Shown piece after piece: positions 13,521-34,082 of a stretch of DNA of 64,000 bases. Below the pieces are notes generated by a model. That model worked only from the letters and a program-made list of their open reading frames with translations. It did not search any database and had not been told where the DNA came from. The position numbers and the translations under genes are program-made. This stretch comes from the human T2T-CHM13v2.0 reference genome, Homo sapiens. Numbering within the stretch: the stretch's first letter is position 1; each line of letters starts with the position of its first letter. Location of the stretch: assembly GCF_009914755.1 (NCBI RefSeq), contig NC_060925.1; one strand, written 5' to 3'.

Positions 13521-16165
13521 GAGAGGGTGATGGCCTGGCAGGTACTTTGGGGGTAGCTTAGGCCATGGCCTGGGAATGGGGGACACTCACTTTCAGAGGT
13601 GCTTTTCCTGGTACATGCATGGCCCAAGATTGGGGTGTGCAGGCCCTCAGGGTTCCAGGCTTGGAAACACCGAAACCCACGTGACAGGCTGAGAGTCTTC
13701 GAGATCCAGGGTTGCTAATGTGACCCAGTTTGGAAGTGGCCCTGAAGTCCACGGTGTGAGTGTATGGTGTAGGAAGAAAGGCATCAGGGCTAGGGGCATA
13801 GCTGAACGGTAGAATCGGATCAGGGATTTTGCTGGAGAGTGCAAGCATTCAAACACTGAGGTTTTGGTGGAGCCCTGGAGTCCAGAGTCAACGGGCCTGG
13901 GATGTGATGTGAGGAGCAAGTAAACCGAGAGAGGAATGCTATTGAGAAGTGTGCTCTGTCCGAGCCTAGGAAGCACAGCATTAAGTAGTATCAGATTTAA
14001 AGTGACAAAATCTGATATAGGAAGCATTTTAGGGGACATTTTCGGACTTGGGAAGTGTATTAATAGAACAGTTATACATTATTGAGTCTCAGGACCATAC
14101 AAGTAGTTTTGAGATGTTGTATATGAAATTTGCTGCTCTAGGAAGGATACAGGTCATGGCTGAGTTTCCAAAGCCACATTAGCAAATATTAGGTAGTTGG
14201 TAGTTATTTGTTGAGTAAATATTGTTAGGTTCCCCTTTAAGGGAAAGGGAGCTAGCCAGAAATTTTCGGTCTTGGTTTATTTCCTTGTATATGTGCCTAA
14301 AAAGTATACCCATTCCCATGTGTACTTTGAATTTTTTGTTTGTTTTTTCAAATAAGCAGCTCCAAACCAAAAAAAAGCCCATGCATAGCTTCTTAAGGAA
14401 CAGGACTTGTCAACACTTTCTGGTTCATATTCAAAAAGTTTTTATTCCAATCCAGAGTCGTTCCAGTCAACTTGTTGGGAATATGTTCTTTTCCACTGAA
14501 TCTGAATCGTAGTTACTTGTATTGCTTTACATTTGCTCGTCCCAGTGTGTGAGGGCCATGGAAACACATTTATGTTAAACATCTGTGTTTTCCTAATTTG
14601 TTTTTCCTTGTTTTTGTTAGGTAGTCCTTTTTAGCTTTAGATGGTACTCTTCTGTTTTCATACCAATTTCAAGAAACTCCTAGGGTTTTCAAATTTAGTT
14701 TTATGTGAATGCAACTACATTTTCTGGAGAAGGGAATTGATAAGTAGCAGGGGAAGAGAATTGCTATTTTGGGGCATATTTTAACTCCAATAGGTAGGCA
14801 TTATCGTCCCCATATTGCAGATGAGGAAACTGAGGATCAGAGAGTTTAAGTAGCTTGTCTGGTGTCACTCAGTAAGTGGTTGAGCTAGAATTCAAACCCT
14901 GGTTGCCTGATGCCAAAGCCTGTAATTTTATCTGCTACATCAGCTATCAACATAAACCTGACTAATGAAACTTCCAGATAATTTTGTATTTCCAAGTGGA
15001 TCATCTACTTTGATTTCTGGGTGTTTAGAGTGTATAAAATGGAAGACTATAATTCTTAAGAATTTCTTGTGCTGCTTAAGGATTCAGACCACAGAATTGT
15101 AACCATAGAGAATATGGGTTCTTCAGCTAGGTATTCAAATCATATCCCTTGGCTTCTATTGTGAAAGGGAAGATTTACCAAGTAAATTGCTGCATTTTTT
15201 CCTGAATCCAGGTAGATAATGGGGAAAAATATGTACAGAAACTTGGAAGAATCTGCATTCCTTAAAACCAAGCTTCAGAATATTGCAGATAGTCTTTCTA
15301 TATGTGGAGGTAATTTATGCCAAATGGCGAGGAACTACCAAGTGCCTAGTGTAAAGAGCTCACTGGAGAGGTTTTTCAAGCATCACCAGTTCCTTAGGGT
15401 GTCCCCAAATACCAGGACCTATTCAAAGGCCTAGTGCTTTCTTCAGACTGTGGGATATTGATTCTAGGATATGCTTATCCTGAACAATGTGTAAAATTAA
15501 GACTGGATAGGACAAAATATTTGCAGTTCCAATTTTGCATGGAAACCTTTAAATCAGGGTTTGAGAGGAGACCAGTGAGTTGGAAATCTTAATTGCTTTA
15601 TGTCTTGATGTGCTTAGGTGAAGCCCTCCCTCATTTTTGTTTACAATAACGTTTCACTGTGGAAGATAGAGGCAAAGCTACAAGTGAAAATAGGGTTTGC
15701 CATGTATTTTGTACATTGGTCATTTCAGCCTCATTTGGCTCAGTCATCAAGTTAACCAAATATGAAGAATGCTGTAGATCTATAACTTAGTTTCGTTTTT
15801 AGTGAGACTAGACAAGGTGATAAAAATGAGTGTATATGTACACCTTTTTTTTTTCAGCAGGCATTTCTGGAGCAACCTGCCCTTCAACATTGGTGACCAC
15901 CTTCATTCCATGTTAGCCCCTTATACCCATGGCCACCTTGTTAAGATCTGGAATTGACCACTCTAGAAATCTTGAACTCTCAGGAAATCTCAGTAGATCT
16001 GAGTTTATGTTGAAAACTTGTGAACCTCAGCTTTTTCTTCAGGCAGAAATCATACTAAGATTTATACTTTATAGGCTGTGTCCATGGCATCTTATTTAAT
16101 TCTTATGACAAATCTGTTATCTCATTTATACTTACACATTTTTTTCTTTGGTCAGAACTACTAGA

Positions 16166-17516
<1,351 letters not shown>

Positions 17517-19276
17517 CACAGATTTGTAATTCTTAATTCTTATGTAAATGAAGCCCTTACTCTTAAACACTGTGTTGACACCATAGAATGTTATGGGAAA
17601 AGAAAAAAAGTCCTGGCTTCTTAGCTCAGGAAGCGAACTTCAGTTCTTTCAGGCGTGTCCTTTGTACTGAGGCTCCAAAAGAGTGAGATGACCTTGACAG
17701 GGTCACTTGGCTATGCAAGGGCAGAGCCAAATCTTGCCCAGATCACTGGATTTCCAGATAGGTGCTCATTCCACTGGATAGCATTGCCTCTCCTGTGGAC
17801 GCATTGACTTGATGGCAGAGATGACTTTAAGTGACAGGTTTACTTCATTCACCGGAATGAGAATGGCAGAGGACATTACTAGGGTCACAAATGACCTTCT
17901 TAAGGTCAATCCTGGCCTCAGGCATACAACCAGGAAGAATATTCCTTTGCCAGTAAGTTGTTCTTTTCCATTCTGTTTCTTGTTCTCAGAGGAAACTGGT
18001 TGTGAGTTATCTGATGTCTTACAGTCTTTCTTTTCATTTTGTTTATTCAGTTTTTCATGCATGCACTGTCACAGTTTAGGAAGGCTACAAGGTCATTTTA
18101 GTGTTTTCCTGCAGAGACTCAAAGCACTCAATATAATGTAAGTAGATTAATTGCAGGAGGAAATGGATTTTTAAAACTTTGGCCAAAAAGTGCCTATGGG
18201 AGAGGACAGTATTAGTTGCTGATTGGAGTCAGACCAAGGGAAGAGTTCTGTCTCTGCAGTGCATTTACCCTCTGTGCTGGAGCAGGTTCTTAACTTGTTT
18301 CTTCTTCTGTAAAATAACGACAATAATACCTACCTGTAGGGTAATTATGAGAAATGAATATAATAGCGTGTGGTAGATGCCTATCACTTAGTGGACCTTA
18401 ATAAGTGGGAGAACACATTTTCATTTTGGAACAGCATGAAATCTGTCCTTTCAGCCCGTTACAGCTTCCTTGATGAGGAGGGGTGAGGCCTTTTGTAATT
18501 GTCTGCTCTGCAATATACAGTAAGATTTCCAAATGGGAGAGCAACCACTTGACATGAAGTAACCTAATTTAGTTGTGCTGTTGTGGTTTAGGAGCTGATT
18601 TTCAGTGGACCAGTGTGAGGTCAGTCTTACTTTTGAATGCACAAAGTAGTAGGATCATTTGTTTCAGGGAAAGATTGTTTCCTGATCTCTTTTGTTCATC
18701 CCCAAGTGTTGAGTGGTAATGATTGCGATGCGATGAAAACTTCTTCATATTTGACAAATAGCAATGATGATTAAATTCGGAACAACTGGTGTTTTCATTC
18801 TGACCAGAAGGAGAGATTTCCATTATAGTCATTTAAAATTTTTCTAACTGTACAAATTATCAGTTGAAGTAGGACCGTTGGTTTGGTTTGTGTGATTTGT
18901 AGTCACTTGAGTAACGTTTTCTTTGAAGTAAGCAGTTAGACAGTATTGTGGAATGGTTCAGGAAAAATCTCTCTGCCTGCAGAAAATTTTGCTAGGTTGC
19001 AGGAATTGTTGCACCCTTCCCACACTTCTCCATGTGTTAGCAGTGATGTACCTGATAGCAGTGAGACAGCACCTGTACTCATTTTCAGTATTGGAGTTGT
19101 ATTTTCCATTTTGTTATTTTCAGATCTCCAGATAGATTACTTCTACATCCAGTACTTCATGAGAGCTTTCTATTGTATAAACTTGTAGTTTAAAGAGTGG
19201 AACTAGAGTCTAATCTTTGCATTTGAATGTTTCCAGTAGAATACGTTTAAAATAAAGGTTGAAATATCCATGTCTG

Positions 19277-20450
<1,174 letters not shown>

Positions 20451-21519
20451 TTAAATCTGAAGTACTGAAGGTTTTCACAATCCCAAATTACTGTTGCCCT
20501 TGGCCTCCAGAGCTGTAAACTGTCCAGTAATCTCTATGAAGTTGAGATTCTTTGCCCAGTGTTAAGAAGATATATCCCTTTGACACTGGCATGATCTGTT
20601 CATTTTAAAAGAGAAGAGAGAAGGGGCTAATAAAGTACACATTATCTGCACAGTTGACATCCTTGTCATTTTAAACTGTTTTAAAAATTATTACTGTACC
20701 CTGAAAGTAAGTAGCATAGAATTTGCTCATTATGAAATGACGAAGTTGGGGCCTTTTAAGAAGCCAAGAATGCTTGGTTGGCAATCACTTAGGAGGCAAA
20801 GGATTGCTATTTATGGTGGTATTTAATGTCATTTTCAGTAGTACTAAGTTAGAAAGGAAAACGCCATAATGTGTGTAAAACTCTAACCATTTTGGAAGGT
20901 TATCAGAATACAGTTGCCTATAGTCTTTTCACTCCACTAAAATTTGTAAGTTGGTTTAGAGTAGCATTTCCCAAGCTCTTCCACTGAACATTAGTTCTGT
21001 GTAGTGCTAATCAGTGTCCTTTGGGGATAAAAAGAGGATCCTTGACAAAAAATGGCCAAAGTGAAGTGCCTTTCTTTACTGCAGAATTATTATTCAGAGC
21101 CTTGGTGCTTATTTGCCTATGACCCTTCAAGAGGGAAGATACATTACGCGGTGTTACTCAGACTTACTTGGTCATGGACCGCTGTTTGTGAGAACACCTA
21201 ATAAACGTTTCATGCTATGACTGGTGTGTAGTGGAGCCCAGTTGAGCAGTTCTGGTGTAGTCTATGAATAAAAAAATGAATCATTTTGTATAAGATAGCT
21301 TGGTAATCGTGGGAAAGGACTTTTCTGAGAACAAGATACATCTTCAAGGTAACGTAGACTCTTAAGGATGAATGTGATTTCAAAGGTCATCTAATCCAAT
21401 GCCCAATAACAATAATAATAGTAGCAGGTACCATTTTTTGAGTACATGCTTTTTATCAAGCACAGTGTTGTTATTCTACATGCCTTATTAACCACTGGGT
21501 CTTAGTGATTTTTGAATCT

Positions 21520-27250
<5,731 letters not shown>

Positions 27251-28093
27251 CCAGATTTTTAATTTTTAAATTTGTTGAAGTTGGATAATGGTTTATGCTA
27301 TCTACACATATATATGGCACCTAAGAATTTCCATGGATGTGCCCTGAGGTGCTCCATGTCTTGGTAAGCAGTGTGGTGCAGTGGAAAGAGTACCACTCTC
27401 GGTGGGACCCAAGTTTGAATCCAGATGTATGGCTAGGGACCAGTTTTTGTAACTTCTTTGAACCTCACTCTTTCTCACTGGTAGAAGGGTATTGTAGTGA
27501 GAATTAGAGGGGTAAAGTCTGTAATATACCTAGCACAGAACCTGGCACTAGTAGGTGTTCAGAAATCATTTCATTTCATCATGGGAAATGAGTGGAATGT
27601 AGAGAAGTTAATATGGCAGAGTGATAGGGCAGACCACCTTGCTCCTATTTCGGGTCCCTGCTGAATCTCTGCACATGTCAAGGATGAGTTCTCATGTATG
27701 GTCAAATGAGGAGTTTCTAGAAAAGAGCTCGTCTACCTAGCAAAACAATTGTATTTTTCAGTCCTAGGATATTTAGCTTTGGTGGGAGGAAGCAGATCTA
27801 AGGAGATTGTTAAAGGCCTCAGGTAATGAATGGTGAGATGCTTGTATTTGAATGTGTTGCTAAAAAAAAATAATGAAAAGAAAAGAAAAACATGCTAATT
27901 GATTTTCACCACATTAGGAGCTGCCTCTTAAAAAACCGAAGCAGTTGGTCCAAAATCCATAAGAAAATCTTTGACTACCACTGGTAGACTTCAGCACCTT
28001 GGAATGTTTTCAATAACCACAGTGAGACTAGTAAGAATACTTATAATATCTCTTCTGAGATCAGCTCTGCTGTGCTTATTCTTAAAAATATGG

Positions 28094-29070
28094 GGCCGGG
28101 CGTGGTGGCTCATGCCTGTAATCCCAGCACTTTGGGAGACCGAGGTGGGTAGGTTTTCTGAGGTCAGGAGTTTGAAACCACCCTGGCCCACATGGTGAAA
28201 CCCTGTCTCTACTAAAACTACAAAAATTAGTCGGGTGTGGTGGTGGGCACCTGTAATCCTAGCTACTCGGGAGGCCGAGGCATGAGAATCGCTTGAACCC
28301 AGGAGGCAGAGGTTGCTGCGAGCTGAGATCGCACCGTTGTACTCTAGCCTAGGTGACAGAGGGAGACTCTGCCTCAAAAAAAAAAAAGAAAATTTTTTTA
28401 TATATATATGGTAGAAGGCTGGGGTGCAGTGGCTCACTCCTGTAATCCCAGCACTTCAGGAGGCCGAGGTAGGTGGATCACTTGAGGTCAGGAGTTCAAG
28501 ACCAGCCTGGCCACCATAGTCAAACCCTATCTCTACTAAAAATACAAAAATTAGCTGGGCATGGTGGTGGGTGCCTGTAGTACCAGCTACTAAGTAGATC
28601 ACTTGAACCCAGGAGGTGGAGGTTGCAGTGAGTCAAGATCACGCCGCTGCACTCCAGCCTAGGCAACAGAGTGAGACTCCATCTCCAAAAAAAAAAAAAA
28701 GAGAGAGAGAAAAATTTATCCTCGTCCAGGCACAGTGGCTTACGCCTGTAATCCCAGCACTTCGGGAGGCAGGGGCAGGAGAATCCCTTCAGCCCAGAAG
28801 TTCGAGACCAGCCTGGGCAACATGGTGAGAACCCATCTCTACCAATTTAAAAAAAGAAAAAAAAAAAACAAGAAAAGAAAGAAATAGAAAAATTAGCGGG
28901 GGTGGTAGCACACACCTGTAGTCCTAGCTACTCAGGAGGCTAAGGTGGGAAGATCGCTTGAGCCCAGGAGGCGGAGGCTGCAGTAAGCCGAGATCGTGCC
29001 TCTACACCCCAGCAACACCCCAGCTTCGGTGACAGAGCCAGACCCTATCTCAAAAAAAAAAAAAAAAAAA
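28094..29070 (+). mobile_element. Three tandem sense Alus
   Basis: 28094-28388, ~28417-28700, ~28725-29070. Confidence 0.93.
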
Positions 29071-29171
29071 GAATGAAAGAAATAACGAATTTATCCTCTG
29101 GAATGTCAAACTCTGTGACTGCCCTAAATAAATCAGTTAGTCCATCAAATTATAATGTGCTTTTAGTAATA

Positions 29172-29680
29172 CATCGTCAGCCCTCTGCATCTAAGGATTT
29201 AACCAACCATGGGTCAAAAATATTTTTAAAAATTGTGTCTGTACGGAACATATGCAGACTTTTTTTCTTGTCATTATTCCCTAAACAATACAGTATAACA
29301 ACTACATATATAGCATTTACATTTTATTAGGTATTATACATAACCTAGCGATTATTTAAAGTATGGAGGAAGCTGGGCAAAGTGACATGCACCTGTAGTT
29401 TCACCCAAGTTGGAAGCTGCAGTGGGAAGATTGCTTGAGCCCAGGAGTTTGAGGCTGTTGTGCCCTGATTGTGCCTGCATAGCTACTGCATTGCAGCCTA
29501 GCAACATAGTGAGACACCATCTCTTAAAAATAAGTATACATGGGAATGTGCAAGTGTTTTATGCAAATACTATACCATTTTATATTAGGGACATGAGCAC
29601 CCAAGGATTTTGGTATCCATGAGAGGGTTGGCTGGGGAGTATCCTGGAACCAGTCTCCCATGGATACCAGGGGATGATTG
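29172..29680. mobile_element. MER2 (TcMar-Tigger) with an inserted Alu monomer (~29372-29530)
   Basis: ttcttgtcattattccctaaacaatacagtataacaac and terminal catggataccaggggatgattg-TA. Confidence 0.8.
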
Positions 29681-30119
29681 TATTCACTAATGTTCTAGCT
29701 TTTTTGTCATTCCCCCCAACCCCTTATCATTATATTTCCTTCTTAGGTTCCTGGTTGACTTTCTAGAAATGCCACTTCCATTGTCCCTGCCGCTAACTTC
29801 ATACATTACCTTAAAATTTTCCTATTTAAATTAGTTTGTGTTTTAAAATAAAGTGCTTTGCCTTGATACCAGTCTGTGCCTTTAAAGTGCCACTAACATA
29901 ATGACAGATGCCTTTTAGAAATCATGCAAACTATTGTATGGCCATTGGCATCACTCTGTTAGTGTTAAAGAAGCTGTATTTTCTTTGGATTAGCCCTACC
30001 CAGTTTTGTTTTTCTTCTGTTAATGCTCAACAGAAAACTGAAGATGGTCACAACTTTCCGACCTTGTGCACATTGCTTCTCTGGTCTATTGCCATAGGAT
30101 ACCGTAGCAGTATCTTACA

Positions 30120-30630
30120 GACATCTTTGATGGCCAATCAGAAGCAGTTAAATTACCTTAAATTTTTTAAATGGAACTCTGACAGCCAATAAGAAATCCC
30201 GTGGGTGGGAACACTAACAACCCTTTGGCTTGTTTTTAAGAACAATTCTAAATTTTCAATATTCTGTTTTAGAAGCACATGATGCCCTAGTGCAGCTGCT
30301 ATGTGCATTTGCCAGACATTTCCACGCCTTAGAGTTCCCCATAGTTTGAAGTCTGAATCTGACCCCTGTTCTGCTTCTCAAGGTAACTTTAAAACAGGAA
30401 GTGTACAAAAGAGGTAACTGATGACGTGAACAGCCAATCGTGGCTTTGTGTTCTTAGCCGATAAAGCAGTTCAGCCAATGGGACCACTGTGGAGGCAAGG
30501 TTTGGTGTCAAATAGCATGCTAGATTGAATGCCTTTGACTGTTAAAGTGGAAGGAGGCTGCAGGGCTTCATTGGAGCCTCGGAGTTTTTCACTGAGGCAG
30601 GGGTCAGCTGAAAGACAAAGAAAAATGGCG
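30120..30630 (+). promoter_or_regulatory. Second, intronic CpG-poor NFYC promoter (P2-like)
   Basis: Four same-strand RGCCAAT boxes (CCAAT at 30134, 30186, 30434, 30475), TGACGT 30422-30427, ATTGG 30570 and YY1-type AAAATGGCG 30622-30630, in a ~4 kb Alu-free stretch. A dual-promoter organisation of NFYC is recalled from the literature. Confidence 0.72.
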
Positions 30631-30820
30631 AATAGTTTGTTGGGGGGTGGGAGGACAGCTGTTCGGGTTTTCAGTGGAGTGGACATTCCAGACTCATGTT
30701 TCTGCATCTCCTGCTGCCTTTTGTTTCCTCCGTCCTTTGGGGGGTAGGGATAGGAGTGACTTAAATTCTCCCAGTCGGTGGAGGTATAAATAACTACATG
30801 TAAAATTAATGCAGTTCCCG
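30560..30820 (+). other. NFYC: Alternative non-coding first exon of NFYC; start approximate
   Basis: Directly downstream of the CCAAT cluster; ends in a consensus donor CCG|GTAAGT (GT at 30821). Confidence 0.62.
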
Positions 30821-33800
30821 GTAAGTTTAATTCTTTGTTTTGTGTTGAAATGATAGAAACTGTTTAGCTTCAGAGAGTGTAGACAAGTTGCACTGTTCAG
30901 AAAATGGCCACTTTACATTCCATGCATACCTTTTGGTGCACCTAGAATACCTTGCTGTGTTTAGATTTTGCATGTCCTTCAACTAGGATTTCTTTCCTAG
31001 TTGGGTATCGACAAGATCAGGTACATGGAGAAAGGCTAATCATTTTTCAGGGGCACACAGAAGCAAAACACTTTTCTCTTTGCATTGGGTAAACTTAACT
31101 GTTTTCCAAATAATTTTCCTTTGTTCAAGTGCCCTGAAGCTTTCCTACGGAATAAGCTGGGTTGTTGTGAGAGTTTTTCTATTTCCATGCACTTTGTTGA
31201 CATCTGTGTTTTCAGATATGGAAGCAACACTGTTGCTGTTAGAAATTTGTGTGAAAATACGATTTGCACTGCTGCAGGTTCTAATGGTGAAGGCCCACAT
31301 GCCAGTGTGAAATTTTCCCATAACTTTCTTGATTTACCAGTCTACCTCTAGATTCTAATAAGTAGTAGTTAATGTAGTAACAATCTTTGTTTTTAATGCA
31401 CATTTTAGCTTAGAATGCTGGTTAGAAATATCTTCACTTATATTGACAGTGATGAGCAAATATTTTTCCACAGATTTCACACATTTTGTCAGGTGTTGAT
31501 TTAGTTCTTTAAAATGATGTGAGCAAAGTGCTTTTCATTTTTCCGTATTAAATATTTAAAATCCTGCAGTTTGTGAATAGGAAAGTTAAGAGTATAGGCA
31601 CCCTATCTTTTGCCCTTGATATGTATATATTTTTCTCTTTATGGATATAAAGCTAATGTAGGTTGCTAATCAGTAACCAGCCAGTTCTCATGAACAGTGA
31701 AATCTTCAATCCCACATACTAAGATCTATAATACACCTGATTTTAAAATGCAATTCTTTGTTTTCTTTTTATTTGCAAATATGGAATGAAGGTCATTGGA
31801 ACATTTCTGCAGCAGACTCAGTGTGGAGCCGTCAGCCAGCGGCACTTAGTCTCTGGGTACGGAAAAGGAGCAGGCCCTATTAGAGGAGAAGTTTCGAGGG
31901 TGTCGATTTGCCTTCCCTAGCTTCCCCTCTAATAAAGGATTTACCTTAGAGGACTGATAGGATTTAGATTCGGGGCTCTTGGAGTTGTAATGATATAACA
32001 AGTCAAAGTTCCTGGATGCAGGCCTCTGTCGTTGCTTGCAAAAGTGACCTTGAAAAACTGCTGGGGAGTTGAAAGATTGAAGGACAAAGTTTGTTTATAC
32101 AGATTTGGACTGAAAAGCTCTATTTAAGATGAAAAGAGACTGTACTTCTGATATTCAAGTCGAGTGGTTAGTAGGAATATGTTATAGATTCAGATTAGGA
32201 ATTTTCAGGGAATAAGACAATAGGGCTGCATTCATTCTCTCTCCCACTCTTTTTACTTCCCTCCCCCCAGCAAAAAATTCTAAATTCTTTTGGTATGATA
32301 GCTGAGTGAACTGCCTAACAGATTCAGAATTCCTTGCATGCTACCTTGTCTTCTTTGTAATCTAGAGGGTTCTTAGTGAAGGGGATAGATAGTATTTTAG
32401 GAGTTCAGAGTAGTTGTATTTGTGAAAGTTTTGGGGAATTAGAATGCTTATAATAAGAAAATGTTCATTCTGGGAATTTAAGTCCTAAGATGAAGAAGTA
32501 TGTGTTAAGGATTACATTTTAAGAGGTAGTTATTTTGATTTAAATTTATTTGTTTGTCATTGATTATTTATATGTTATCAGTTGTTCCAGATTATATATA
32601 TGATTTTAAAAACAGTTGTAGGTGCTGACTTGACCCTGTTGGCCCTAGGAGAAGGCCTGCAGCAGGGGAGGCAAAAGTGAAGGTGTGGTACAGTATGAAG
32701 TAAACTATAAACTTGAGAACTTTGTGGATTTGGCTTCTTGGAAAGATGCCCAGTCACTGCCTCTAGCCGAGGTTCTTCACCATTCTCTTTGAGAATGACC
32801 CACTACCTGGAAAAATGCACATGGGCATGCCTGTACAAAACCTTTGATGACTAAGTTATTTTTTAGTGTATGTCAAATGGTATTTAACACTTCAGCCAGA
32901 TAAATGTTTACTAGACAAATGAAGAAAACTTTGCTTCCAGAAAGAGCAAAGACCTTCTAGAGAGCTAACTCTAATTTAGGCCATGGGTGGCTGTGTGTGT
33001 AAGTGGGGGAGGCTTAGATGGGGTCTAGAGATATGGACATTTATTTACTCTGATCACAGTATTTGAGGCAGCATGGTACAGACCATTTAAAGTCAAGAGA
33101 TCTGTGTTCAAGCCCCACTCACCTTTATCACCAGCTTTGTAGGTTTGGGCAAGTCAGCTATTTAGTGTTAGCTTCCTCACATGTAAAAATGGAACCTAAA
33201 AATAGTGTCTGATTTAGTGGCGAGTCTTGAATGAGATCATGTGTGTCAAAGTACTTTGCAAATTGTGAAGAGCTACATAATATTAGTTGTTACTAATCCA
33301 GACTATTTGGGGGATGAAACGTTTATGAAGATAGGTGTGGCATCAAAGAAAAAAATGCCAGTATTTTAATATTTGTAAAAAGGAGTTAGTTTAAACCTGA
33401 CACATTTCTTTTTAAACTGCCTTCACCTGCATATTCCTATTTATGCTGACATGACCCTATTTATTTAATGCATACGTTGAGACCACCAGTCCTTTACTCA
33501 TCAAGATCCTTGTGAAAGAATTTTAACCCCTTTGTCAAAATTTAAGGACCTCTCAGAATAGGATGAAATGGGTATGCTGATTTTTAAAAAACTCTTGTTA
33601 GATTTAGGAACCTCTCAGAATAAAATCTGGAAGCCTGTTCCATTTGCATTATGAGATTTGCATTACAATGCAGGTAAGTTGTAATGGTTGCAGATGTTTA
33701 CCAAGCAGAGGTTACATATTTAGTTTGTATACCAAATATTTATAAAGTAAACTGGAACCATTTTTTTTTTGTTTGCTTTGTGATTATCCTGTCAATTTTC

Positions 33801-33857
33801 AAGCATGGGAGGTAATTATAGCCTGCTGTATAGTAAGCAAGTAAATGTTGGGATTAA

Positions 33858-34082
<225 letters not shown>

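Noticed and set aside
12722-14039. Overlapping Arg/Pro/Ala-rich ORFs in the CpG island
   Set aside because: Expected from stop-codon scarcity in GC-rich DNA and show no recognisable homology; only the two strong-Kozak antisense ORFs were kept as weak leads.
15845-15860. Strong-looking poly-T CAGCAG acceptor (and a similar one near 56407)
   Set aside because: No convincing paired donor was found; poly-T tracts generate such sites by chance.
30785-30790. TATAAA in the P2 region
   Set aside because: It is only 30 bp before the splice donor and far downstream of the CCAAT boxes, so it is not positioned as a TATA box.
32823-32832. p53-type decamer GGGCATGCCT near P2
   Set aside because: Single half-site with no adjacent second decamer.
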